From an uncultured archaeon (GTDB lineage Archaea > Asgardarchaeota > Thorarchaeia > Thorarchaeales > Thorarchaeaceae): a stretch of 64,000 nt of DNA. Positions 46,036 to 56,100 of the stretch are shown one piece after another. The stretch spans positions 3,001 through 67,000 of the forward strand of contig CAZVZC010000006.1 in the NCBI GenBank assembly GCA_964631415.1, in the 5' to 3' direction. The notes under the pieces are model-generated. The model ran no database searches. It had not been told where the DNA came from and worked only from the letters and a program-made list of their open reading frames with translations. The stretch's first letter is position 1, and every line of letters starts with the position of its first letter. Both the position numbers and the translations under genes were made by a program.

Positions 46036-46761
46036 ATGGACATGGACGGGCATGCCGTGAAGACCTGTGTCGAATGTAAGGCTTTTGGCAGAACGAACCC
46101 AGAGCAGACAGTGTATCCTTGCGGGCTCTGTGGTCAGCCAAGGTGCGAGAATCACAGCATATGGGTTGCAGCACATGAGCTGGAGCAACCCATTCAGACT
46201 GCTAGGTTGGCTCTGAGCCTTGTAACGGAGCACTCTCAGCAGGACCCATGGTACACCTTCTGCGGACGCATGTCACACATCCCAGAGGGTATCTCTATCA
46301 GACATGGGGAGGGAAGGAAGGTGGGAAGGATGGTCGAGGAGGTTCCGGAGGATGGACGCAAGCCGGGACTTGGAATGTTCAGTAGATGGCAGGTCGGTAT
46401 TGTTGAAGATGGCTACGAGAAACGTTGGGTCCCACAGCACTTCACGCCTGCCTGCGCTCTTGCACCACTCATGACACTAGTCGCCCGGCTCAGTCAGGAA
46501 GAGGGCCCGCCTCAGAAGATTCTGAGAAGATTGTATGACTCGGGCATCGGGCCGACCGCTGTCAAGAGGCCTATACTCATCAAGACTACCTTCAAGGACC
46601 TCGAAGCACGAGTCGGCAGCGCTCAGGACTCGTCAGAAATCATCAAGTACATCTGTTCGAGATGCGGTGTCGTGATTTGCCTGAACAGACATTCGCCCTT
46701 CCACGAAGAGGAGATGTTTGCCAGACTGGTGAAGAAACCCGAAACGGTTCTACGCATGTGA
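46036..46761 (+). CDS. Hypothetical zinc-finger protein
   Basis: 'CVECKAFGRTNPEQTVYPCGLCGQPRCENH' at the N-terminus and 'CSRCGVVICLNRH' near the C-terminus. 241 aa. Confidence 0.6.
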   Translation: MDMDGHAVKTCVECKAFGRTNPEQTVYPCGLCGQPRCENHSIWVAAHELEQPIQTARLALSLVTEHSQQDPWYTFCGRMSHIPEGISIRHGEGRKVGRMVEEVPEDGRKPGLGMFSRWQVGIVEDGYEKRWVPQHFTPACALAPLMTLVARLSQEEGPPQKILRRLYDSGIGPTAVKRPILIKTTFKDLEARVGSAQDSSEIIKYICSRCGVVICLNRHSPFHEEEMFARLVKKPETVLRM

Positions 46762-46848
46762 GAAGGAAATCATGAGGGCCGAAGACGTCTGGCACTGAAT
46801 CCTCTCATGATCAGGAGCTCAATCCCGAAATCAAACAGGTGAGCCGCT

Positions 46849-47517
46849 TCAGCCGATTGAGGTCCCACAATATGTGCAGGTTGCGAGCTTGCCCTTCCTG
46901 ACTAGCTCCGCTTGTGCTGGTGGTAGCTTGGCAGCGCACATTGGACACAGCCAGATTCTCATGTCCTTGCCGGGCGGGCTGGTGGAATCGCCGCCTATGT
47001 CGGCCAATGCTCTCTCAGCCCAAGAAGCGAAATTGGGCTGATCGACGGCGTGAAAATCGGATGCAGCGGCTTTCAGGAGAGTCTGAGCATCTCCGATCTG
47101 TCCCATACCCCTGTATGCAGTCGCGAGGCCAAGAGCATTCCACGCTGTGTACCACTTGCTAGCTGCCTTCTTTGCGAGGTCTAGGCCCGCCTTGAATGCA
47201 CCTACAGCCGATGGATAGTCCATCTTTCGCAGTGCCATTTGGCCAAAACCCCACTGGGCTGCAGACTGATGCAACGGACTTGCGGTTCCCACAGCGTCCC
47301 TTCTCAGCTCCTCGTAGAGCTTGCCAGCCTTGGAGAAGTCCCGGGCATTCAGGGCACAGTCAGCCATAACACGAAGAGCCTCAATCGCCCTGTCGTTCTG
47401 ACCTCTCTTCAGGAAGAGTTTCCTTGCTTCCTCTGCCTTCTTGAGCCCTTTGTCGAACTTCGAGGCACTGTGCATCTGCACTGCCTCCTGTATTAGTTGC
47501 TCTGGATCGGTTGGCAT
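46849..47517 (-). CDS. TPR-repeat protein with C-terminal zinc ribbon
   Basis: Several 34-residue A/L/Y/G-patterned helical repeats ('AIEALRVMADCALNARDFSKAGKLYEEL', 'WNALGLATAYRGMGQIGDAQTLLKAA'). C-terminal 'CPMCAAKL...CTYCGTSI'. Confidence 0.7.
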   Translation of the reverse strand: MPTDPEQLIQEAVQMHSASKFDKGLKKAEEARKLFLKRGQNDRAIEALRVMADCALNARDFSKAGKLYEELRRDAVGTASPLHQSAAQWGFGQMALRKMDYPSAVGAFKAGLDLAKKAASKWYTAWNALGLATAYRGMGQIGDAQTLLKAAASDFHAVDQPNFASWAERALADIGGDSTSPPGKDMRIWLCPMCAAKLPPAQAELVRKGKLATCTYCGTSIG

Positions 47518-47605
47518 GGGCAGTGATTTGGTCTACTCCGATATAAGCCAGTTGCCATCTCGCTTCCGGCAATGTGGGCTCTTGAAAACGACTACAATCT
47601 CGAGG

Positions 47606-50029
47606 TCATCGGTGGAACGTGAGAACCACACTCTCCCAGAGCGGCACGATTCGCAGGTGTGGCTGTTCCGCGCTGCCAAACCGGTTGACAATGCTACCAC
47701 CATACACCTTTACCATTGACAGTGCGCGAGTGGTTGGCAGGTACACCTCAAGCTCCCGGGGCAGAGCTTCGGTCCAAACCTCAATCTGATGCTGGTTGGT
47801 CGACGTGCCAAGCTCCACGCGGACTCTGCCACCCCCTACGGGCGCATTGGCTAGGGTGAGCTCGTTGCCCGAAGTGTACCAATCGTCTGGAATCGCAGGC
47901 ACAACAATGAGATCTTCGCCATCCTCAATCACAATCATGTCTCTAAGAAGGAGAAGCAAGTCTGAGGCCGCGACAACGCTGAGGCCGCTTCCACGAGTGC
48001 CCAGACCCGTCTTCAGGTCGGCCCAGTCCGGTAGTCCATGGTACTCAGAAAGTAGCTTTTGGGCCGCATGAATAGCAGTTTCAACAGCCGCGCGATTCCG
48101 ACGTGTCACCTGATAGTGTGCCACCCGGAGGGCAAGATGACTAGAAACCTCCTCAGGTCGTCCCGGAAGTCTCAGCACTCCCTTCGTGAGATACCTGCTG
48201 ACAAATGTGCTGGCCACACGGTCCAGAAAACTGGGATCAATCTCAGATGTCTGAAGAAGTGCCACTGTGCCAAGAAGAGAAACTGCATCCAGAATGACCT
48301 GTTCGCTGGGTGCTTCCTTTGCCCGGGCATCGAACTCTGCTAACTGTTCCCTAGAGCAATCCTTGATGAATGCTGCATACTTGCGAGCAGTTTCAGTCAC
48401 TGCCTGCACTCGTGAGTCTTCTCCGAGCAGGTGATATGCTGCTAGTGCAGATTGGAGGAAAGCAAGAGCCCAAGCAGCGCCTGTGAAGTCCGAAAAGGAT
48501 GCGAGCCTTGGTGGAGGAGCTTGAGGCCGAGGGACCTCCGGCACAGGGCTTTCCATCCGGGCTGCATCACTGGCAACCACATCAGTGTTTGGGAGCGGCG
48601 ACTGGGACACAGTCTGGGTCTCAATGGGCTCAGTCCGCGGCTCGGCAGTCTGGACTGCCGCGGTCATCGTAACCACAACGCTCGGCTGAAGGTATTTGTC
48701 AGCACTCTTCATAGTGTCTACGACGACTTTGTCAATCATGGGACGGGTCTGCGTCAAGAAAGCGCCATCGCGTGAGTACCGAGAAGCCTGCAACAGACTC
48801 CATGCGACAGGGACAACGTCAGACAGTTCTGCAGCACGGCCCTGAATGATCTGCTCTGCAAGGCGCAAGGACGTTTCCTTCACCAAATCGAAAGACCCAT
48901 ACCTAATAAGAGCGGACAAGACCCGAACACGCTCCGCCCATGATAGATCTGCGCAATCGTCGCCCTCAACCTGAAGAACAGCGCGAGCCTCCATCGCCAG
49001 AATTGCTTTTGACTGCGCAAGCATTGGGTCCCAGTCCCTCTCTGGGAAGCTCACGCTTAGTGTCGTTCCGGCGAACTCGAACCAAGACTCAACTGCTGCA
49101 TCACGAGCGTGAGTGCCCATGTGAAATCTCGGGCACTGGTCGGTCTTGGCAACACGACTCAATGGAGAAACAAAGAAGAAGGTATCAGTCCCCGCTGGCT
49201 TGAGGCGCACATCAAAGCGGAGCACAGATGTGGCAAGACCTCTAGATGTGGAAAACTCCTTGTCGAAGCGCTTTGAGGGTTCACTCATTGTCTTGATGAG
49301 GTTTGGATTGTCTGCAGTGGTCATGAGAATAGAGTATGGGTCGTGATCCAAGAGTACTGCAAGCAGGCCATTTGCATAGACAGCCCTACGTGGCGAATCA
49401 TACTCGATGGCCTCGATAGGCTCTACCCCTCTCACAGACATCGGTCTCAGGACACAGTAAAACGTGAACGTCACTCCGACCAGTGATAGGTTACGGATTT
49501 GGATCTCGTTGTAGACAGCCTCGCTCCTGTCTTGCTTGACATGATACACAAGCCGGGAGAACTCAACTGGTCCAAGCTGTGTCTTCCATTCGTAGATCTG
49601 ATCCTCAGTGGACAGAAGAACAAGCCGTGGACCGGTATCAGCGACCAACGCGGGGTGAACGATTCCATCAGGTCCCTGCAGCCAGAACTCGACAGACCCA
49701 CAGTCGGCATTTGCAGTGAGAAGACCACTCGAATCAGAAATCGCGCAGGCCAAGCCGCCCACGCCACCTACAATCGTCCAGTTCCTGTGATGGTTATTCG
49801 CCAAAGGCCGATCATCAGACGGACTTCCTTGGCGTGGTCCGATGGCCTGCAGTACCCAGCGTGGCAACATCCATCGTTCAGCCCGACTGTACACCCTCCC
49901 GTTCAAGCCTGACCTGAGCGTTTCAATCTCTTCGCACGGGGAAGACCCATCCGAGGAGGACGCCGGCAGTCTGTGATTTGCAGCGACTCTCCTGAAGCGT
50001 TCCAGTTTTGAGCCGTCGTTATTTGCCAA
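47606..50029 (-). CDS. Large hypothetical protein, possibly (alpha/alpha)-barrel glycosidase-like
   Basis: 807-aa ORF. The helical middle region and C-terminal 'LIVVPAIPDDW...LANAPVGGGRVRVEL' resemble the tail of GH15/GH63/debranching-type enzymes. The functional call is weak. Confidence 0.45.
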   Translation of the reverse strand: MANNDGSKLERFRRVAANHRLPASSSDGSSPCEEIETLRSGLNGRVYSRAERWMLPRWVLQAIGPRQGSPSDDRPLANNHHRNWTIVGGVGGLACAISDSSGLLTANADCGSVEFWLQGPDGIVHPALVADTGPRLVLLSTEDQIYEWKTQLGPVEFSRLVYHVKQDRSEAVYNEIQIRNLSLVGVTFTFYCVLRPMSVRGVEPIEAIEYDSPRRAVYANGLLAVLLDHDPYSILMTTADNPNLIKTMSEPSKRFDKEFSTSRGLATSVLRFDVRLKPAGTDTFFFVSPLSRVAKTDQCPRFHMGTHARDAAVESWFEFAGTTLSVSFPERDWDPMLAQSKAILAMEARAVLQVEGDDCADLSWAERVRVLSALIRYGSFDLVKETSLRLAEQIIQGRAAELSDVVPVAWSLLQASRYSRDGAFLTQTRPMIDKVVVDTMKSADKYLQPSVVVTMTAAVQTAEPRTEPIETQTVSQSPLPNTDVVASDAARMESPVPEVPRPQAPPPRLASFSDFTGAAWALAFLQSALAAYHLLGEDSRVQAVTETARKYAAFIKDCSREQLAEFDARAKEAPSEQVILDAVSLLGTVALLQTSEIDPSFLDRVASTFVSRYLTKGVLRLPGRPEEVSSHLALRVAHYQVTRRNRAAVETAIHAAQKLLSEYHGLPDWADLKTGLGTRGSGLSVVAASDLLLLLRDMIVIEDGEDLIVVPAIPDDWYTSGNELTLANAPVGGGRVRVELGTSTNQHQIEVWTEALPRELEVYLPTTRALSMVKVYGGSIVNRFGSAEQPHLRIVPLWESVVLTFHR

Positions 50030-50284
50030 GAGTGTGCGCCTCCAAGAGCGTCCTTCATTCGATGGGCCTACGATGTTATCCTCTGTCGTTGCCTATGGAT
50101 GTCTATTCTATTTATGTATTGAGCGGGGGTCACTGTAAGGAACATATTCCGGCCAGAGAACCGTTATTGAATCGACGACCCTACTAAACGCTTAATAGTT
50201 GACCAATCGGAGAGGCTGCAGCGCGCCCACCGCAGGGCTGCACATAGACGACTGCTACCCACAGTTCATGGTAAGTGAGAAAGG

Positions 50285-51460
50285 ATGGCTGAAGCTTTCA
50301 CCAGGCCTCGCCGCCGCATTGCCAACATGATTGCTAAGGAACTGCGCCTTATAGTCAAGGACAGGTTGGCCCTTTTCTTGATCTTCATGCTCCCGGCCGC
50401 ACTGATTGGTGTCTTGTATTGGGTTGTTGGCATGAGTGATCTGGGGAGCGTCCAGTTGGGTGGAGGAAACGGTCAAGGGAGCGATGAAGGGGGTGTAGAA
50501 ACCGGAAGTGACGTTGTTCTGGGGCTGATTGACCTTGACACTACGAGGACCTACAGTGGTGAGGATCTGTCGGAGAATTTCACAGCCTTTCTTACGAAAC
50601 TCGTTAAAGAACTCATAATCTACAACAACACAAGTGATGCCTTTCAGGACCTCTATGACAAGAAGATATCTGGATATGTGGTCATCCCAGACGGCTTCGA
50701 GGCAAACCTCACGATAAATGAGCCCACATACGTCGAAGTCCATATGGATGCAACTGCTCTGATTGAACAGAGCACAGTGATGGGGACGGTCCAAGGGGCC
50801 GCCATAATGTTCAGGGCCTCAAAGCTTTGGATTAGGTCTGAGGTCTTTCCCTCCATGATAATAGAGTTCGCACCAAAGGGAGGCTACATTGCCACTGCAT
50901 TCGGTGGGTTCATTGTGGTGTTTTCTAGCTACCTTGGGATAGCGATGACTGCTGCACAGTCCATAGTGGGCGATGTGCCTCTGCGCAGGATGCTTCTCAC
51001 ACCGACAAACAGGCTTGAAGTCATTATCGCCAAGGTAGCTGCGTATGTCATCATTGGCTTCTTTCAGTCCCTTCTTCTGGTTTCACTTTGGGTAGTAGTC
51101 TTCAGTCTGAATCTCAACACGAGCTTTGGAGTCCTACTGATCATTATGAGCTTGACATCTCTCACTGGGTCAACAACCGGCATTTTGATCTCCTCAGTCG
51201 CCTCGTCTAGGCTTCAAGCCAACCAGATGTTCCTGTTCGTCATGTTCGGGACAATCATCTTGGCAGGGTTCTTCGTCGATGTCGGGGTTCTGGATGAGTA
51301 CATGCCAATGAACCAAGGACTCAAGCTGTTGATTGACACCGCGTTCAAAGGGCTTTCACTGATTGATGTCCTGATTCCAATACTGAAGTTGCTTGCATTC
51401 TCCGTGGGTGCTATCCTGATTGCTACGTTCATCTTTTCAAAGAAGCCAACACTGGGGTAG
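50285..51460 (+). CDS. ABC-2 type transporter permease
   Basis: N-terminal TM, then a ~150-aa extracytoplasmic loop, then five C-terminal TM segments ('IATAFGGFIVVFSSYLGIAM', 'VAAYVIIGFFQSLLLVSLWVVVF', ...). This is the typical ABC2_membrane topology. Confidence 0.8.
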   Translation: MAEAFTRPRRRIANMIAKELRLIVKDRLALFLIFMLPAALIGVLYWVVGMSDLGSVQLGGGNGQGSDEGGVETGSDVVLGLIDLDTTRTYSGEDLSENFTAFLTKLVKELIIYNNTSDAFQDLYDKKISGYVVIPDGFEANLTINEPTYVEVHMDATALIEQSTVMGTVQGAAIMFRASKLWIRSEVFPSMIIEFAPKGGYIATAFGGFIVVFSSYLGIAMTAAQSIVGDVPLRRMLLTPTNRLEVIIAKVAAYVIIGFFQSLLLVSLWVVVFSLNLNTSFGVLLIIMSLTSLTGSTTGILISSVASSRLQANQMFLFVMFGTIILAGFFVDVGVLDEYMPMNQGLKLLIDTAFKGLSLIDVLIPILKLLAFSVGAILIATFIFSKKPTLG

Positions 51461-53152
51461 GTGAGAACGGCCTTGGTCGAGACATCTGGTTCTGAACCTG
51501 TTTTGCCCCGAGAGGTGCCTTCCTTTGTTGAGGAGGCGTACTTCTCTGGAGCTAGGATTGGTGACGCGATAGACTGGTGTATCCGGAGACAGGACCGAGA
51601 GATCCACTGCGAGGTCCAAGGAGTACTCACTTCTTCAAAGGCCGAAGTCAGATTCAAGGCACGAGTTCTGAGGTTCAAGAAAGGTGTCATAACACGTAGG
51701 ATTATAGTACTCGTCGAAGAGGACATGCGCAGAAAGAAGACAGGCGACCTCGATCCTGTTCTTACGGTTGGCAGCGAAGGTGCCGCACAAGAGGATGTTG
51801 CAGCTAGCCAGATCACTCTCCAGAACTACCTGAAGAGAAACATGTTCGATGACCTCTACTACGATGGCAGAGAACTGCAACAGGCGGCAAAGGACCTCGC
51901 CAAGATGAAGAGCAAGGAAATACTCTGCACGATTTGGGGTCATCGCGCTTCAGACAAGCTGCCAATGACCATCAAGGGTAATCTAGTGAGCTCCACAACT
52001 AGAGCAGCGCCCATACTACCTGAGGGCTTTCTTGAAGTCCGAGTGGAACCTGAGGACACGGTGGGCTCTCCAAAGATCTACTTGGTGGCCCAACCTCAGC
52101 TTCTCATTGGGCCTTTCTCGAATCCTGTTCTTACTGTCATCGCCGAGAAGGTCTACATCCGGCCGTTCGCTTGGAAGGAAGCACCGGTCTACAGGGACGT
52201 GCTTGTGGCACGGAATCTCACTGTCACTACGAAGGCCGGGAAAAAGCTGATTGAGAATGTCACTTTCGCGATTAGAGAGGGAGAGATGCTCGCTATCATC
52301 GGAGAATCTGGTGCAGGAAAGTCTACCTGTATCAAAGCTCTGATTGGAGACATACCTAGCACGGGCGTCGCGAGGATTGCTGGTATAGACTCAAGGAACG
52401 CACAGAAGGTCCGCTATTTCTTTGGTTACTGCCCACAGGACCTGAGCTACATGTACGAAACCTTCACTCCGCTCGAGAACATTGTCGCCTTTGGCAAGCA
52501 ATATGATATTCCCGAGTGGCAGCTCATAGAGGAAGGAAAGACTCTGCTCAGGGACTTCGGCATCATAGAGAAAGGTGGCAGCCCCACTGGAAAGCTCAGC
52601 GGCGGGCAGCAGCGCAGAGCATCAGTCGCCATAGCACTTGTCCATAGACCGAAAGTACTCCTGATGGATGAGCCTACAAGCGGACTGGACCCTGACAACA
52701 GGAATGAACTGTGGCACTTCTTGGACATGGTCAACAAGGAGTACGGCACATCTATTGTAGTCGTCACGCACTACCCAGCCGAGGCAGAGTTCTGCGACAA
52801 GGTCGCGGTCTTCCTCCGTGGCAAGAGCCTCGTGGCATTCGGCAGCCCTGCCAAGCTGAAGGAGTCACTGCCTTCGAGGGGCTTTGCTGTTGGGGTTGTA
52901 CTCGAGGAAGTGGATCCTCGAGCAAGAAAGATGCTAGAGGAAGTGCAGGGTGTGTCATTCGTGCTGCAGAGGGGAGAACTGCTGAAGGTCTTCACGGAAG
53001 AGCCACTCGAAACGATTGCAGAGAAGTGCATGACCGCACTCAAGGAGAAGAGCATTGGTGTGAAGATAGTGAAGACGAAGGCTCTAGCTGACATGGTCGA
53101 CTATTACATCGCCATAACAAGAAAGCTTGTCACAGGTACTATCGAGAAGTGA
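51461..53152 (+). CDS. ABC transporter ATP-binding protein with ~245-aa N-terminal domain of unknown function
   Basis: Walker A 'GESGAGKST' (aa ~281), signature 'LSGGQQRRA', Walker B 'LLMDEPTSGLD', 'VTHY'. There is no Met within ~75 aa upstream of the ABC domain start (nearest is M169 in 'LPMTIKGNL', ABC domain from aa ~247), so the extension appears fused. The GTG start directly abuts the permease stop. Confidence 0.8.
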   Translation: MRTALVETSGSEPVLPREVPSFVEEAYFSGARIGDAIDWCIRRQDREIHCEVQGVLTSSKAEVRFKARVLRFKKGVITRRIIVLVEEDMRRKKTGDLDPVLTVGSEGAAQEDVAASQITLQNYLKRNMFDDLYYDGRELQQAAKDLAKMKSKEILCTIWGHRASDKLPMTIKGNLVSSTTRAAPILPEGFLEVRVEPEDTVGSPKIYLVAQPQLLIGPFSNPVLTVIAEKVYIRPFAWKEAPVYRDVLVARNLTVTTKAGKKLIENVTFAIREGEMLAIIGESGAGKSTCIKALIGDIPSTGVARIAGIDSRNAQKVRYFFGYCPQDLSYMYETFTPLENIVAFGKQYDIPEWQLIEEGKTLLRDFGIIEKGGSPTGKLSGGQQRRASVAIALVHRPKVLLMDEPTSGLDPDNRNELWHFLDMVNKEYGTSIVVVTHYPAEAEFCDKVAVFLRGKSLVAFGSPAKLKESLPSRGFAVGVVLEEVDPRARKMLEEVQGVSFVLQRGELLKVFTEEPLETIAEKCMTALKEKSIGVKIVKTKALADMVDYYIAITRKLVTGTIEK

Positions 53153-53156
53153 TCTA

Positions 53157-56100
53157 ATGCTGGCATCTAGGCGAAACAGCAGAAGAGCCATCGCTCATCT
53201 GGTGACGCTCCTTGTGACTGTTTCGGTAGTGGTGGGCGCCCTAGTGGCCTCCATGCCCATGATTCCCCTCGATGCCATGTCAGCAGGGACTGCGGCGCAT
53301 ATCGATGAAGCCCTGTTAGAGTACACCGCGTCAGATGAGAGATTGGACTTGCTTGTTGGCTATCGCCCTGAAGCCGGTGAGATCAAGGCCCGCTATGCTA
53401 TACAGATGGCAGACAAGTCTGCCGAGATCATTGAGTCCTTCGAGGAAGTGGGCATAGTCCGAGTGAAACTGGTCGGCAAGGCCATCATGGACTTGGCAGA
53501 GAACGGCTATGTCACAGGAATATGGTCTAATCAGCTGAAGAAGCTGAGTACTCCTCTCGATCAGCATGCGTCAGATGTCCTGACAACGAACTATCAGTCG
53601 CCTATCGACACAGTTGGTGCCAGAGACCTCTGGGACAAAGGATACAATGGCACAGGGGTTGTTATTGCTGTCCTGGATACAGGTATCGACTTTCTTCACG
53701 CAGACCTGAACGACTTCGATGATGACAACACTACTAGCGACTCCAAGGTGACAGCGTATGCCTCGTTTGTTGAAGGTGACACTCTCCCCGTGGACATCAT
53801 CGGGCATGGCACGTACGCTGCTTCGATTGCGGCCGGTACAGGTAACAGGTCTGGTGGGCTCTACGCAGGTATCGCACCTGGAGCGACATTGCTCTCTGCA
53901 AAGGTGACCTTGGGAGGACTTCTCGCGGCGCCCAGCTGGATTGTCTCTGGCATCGAGTGGGCGTGCAGCAGAGGAGCAGACATCATACTCATGCCGTTCA
54001 ACACATTCGGTTCACCCGGCGATGCTGTATCTGTCGCTGTGAAGACTGCCTCTGAGAGAGGAGTCTTCGTCGTGGCCGCTGCGGGAGATGACGGACCAGA
54101 CTACCTGACAATAATGTCGCCTGGTGGAAGCGCTGCCGCCTTCGCGGTTGGAGCTTATGACATAAACAAGGGCGAAGTGGCCGCATTCTCGGGAAGGGGG
54201 CCCTCTCTTGACATGTTGGCAAAGCCAGACATTGTCGCCCCTGGCACTGGAATCATCGGAGCAAGAGCAGGAAATGCACTCTCGCTGGCTGGATTCGGGT
54301 CATTCAGCCTTGGGGACTTAGGTGGACTGTCTTCACTGCTCGGTGGCTCGTTTGGAGAGAACGTCGATGACTATTATATGAAGGCAGACTCGACCGCCGC
54401 CGCGGCCGCAGTCACGGCTGGATGCGTCGCGCTGCTCATGGAAGCCTTCGACCGCGCTACGCCCATTGTTCTAGCGAACGTTCTCAGAGACACAGCGACC
54501 CGGCTCGATGAAGGAGCAAATGACGCAGGGGCGGGCCTTCTAAACCTAGAAGCGGCTTTTCATTTCTTGGAACAGAAGCAGGATCCCATTCAACCACACA
54601 ACAGAACTACCGGCACCCCGCTGCTTGCATTGGGTCTCTTCTCTACACAAGGGAGAGATGCTTCAACCACTGTCTTGATGAGCAGTTATGGGACAGCTAT
54701 TGTTGCTCTGGATCAGCGACAGAATCAGGAAAGCAGCGTTCACCTTCTAATGGGTATGCTGGCACTCCGATGGGAAAACAGAAGCCCGACAGACTTCATG
54801 GAATTCCAAGTAAAGAGAGAACTCCATCAAGTGGCCATGAGCTCTGGGTTGAACTCCTATAACCGCTGGGTCGGGGTTCTATCATACGATTCACTATATG
54901 TCATCCTGCTGGTGGAGTCATACAACCTGACAAGCTCATCTCCTCTTCCAATCACCGCTTTCAGACTCACACCGTTCATCCTGAACCTTGGTTCAGAACC
55001 GGTTTCCAACGTGAGCTTGTTTCTCTCGTATTCACTGGACCTGTTTCTTGACGGGAGAGATGATCATGGCAAGTACTCGCTCACGAATCGACAGCTGTTT
55101 GCGTACAGCATATCTGAAGGCTACCAGTCTTTCTACGTAGGTATCAACTCAAGCCGCCCTCTGGACGCATTTGAGGTGGGAAACTCATCGCAGATTTCAG
55201 ACCACGTCTCGAACGATAATCTGACAGGTTCCACGAACTTCGACGGGACCGTAGGCCTCGCGATGAAATGGAACTTTGGAACGCTGCCCATCAACAGTCC
55301 GAAGAATGTTACAATAGCTTTGGGTTTTGGGGAGAACCGCACAATGCTTGACCAGTCAATCACAGCGATGTGGAGTCTCGGACCCTCATCCCAAGTCGCA
55401 AGCCAGAGCGACCTCATGGTTGTCGAGGCAGACATTCCGAGGACAGCAATTGCTGAACATGCATACGAGTCAAGAGCCGTCATAATGAATGTAGGAGTCA
55501 ATTCCTCTCAAGCTGTCGGTGCAATGATTATTGGACAAGCAGAACCAGGCGGAGCGATGATATTCAGTAGGTTCTATTCGTTCGATGAGGTTGCGCCCTT
55601 TCACGCCGAAATACTGACCACTGACTGGAGCCCAACAACAGACGGCATATACTCTGCAGCGTGGGTTGTCGCAGCGGGAGTTGAGTTTGCCATAGCCCTG
55701 TTTGCGAACCCGACTCAACAACTGGCGACAGCAGGCGTAGCGCTTCTTGACGACTTCCTCTTAAGGGATCTATTCGTTGTTGAGCCAATCCAGTCCACAT
55801 CGGTGTTTCCAAAATGGCTGCCATTCGCCCCATTCGACATACAATTCCCAGCAGACTTCGGACTCTATACGTTCTCTCTGCAAACGAATGTCCCTCTCGG
55901 TAACGTCACAGTGGAGAAGCATGGCGATGCCAGCGACTGGGGCAATGTGACCCTTCCTTCATGTGCTTCAGTGTTTGGATACTACAACTTCTCACTGTTC
56001 CTGCTAGCGCCACCCATTACTGTGGATGGTTATCACAGATGCGATTACCGGATCATCACTGAGTCTGGCTGGACGACCAATGTGACCCTTGAATGTGACC

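Noticed and set aside
50255-51816. Minus-strand ORFs 50255-50794 (179 aa) and 51214-51816 (200 aa).
   Set aside because: They overlap the ABC-2 permease and ATPase genes, which have clear topology and Walker motifs. The minus-strand ORFs have no motifs of their own.
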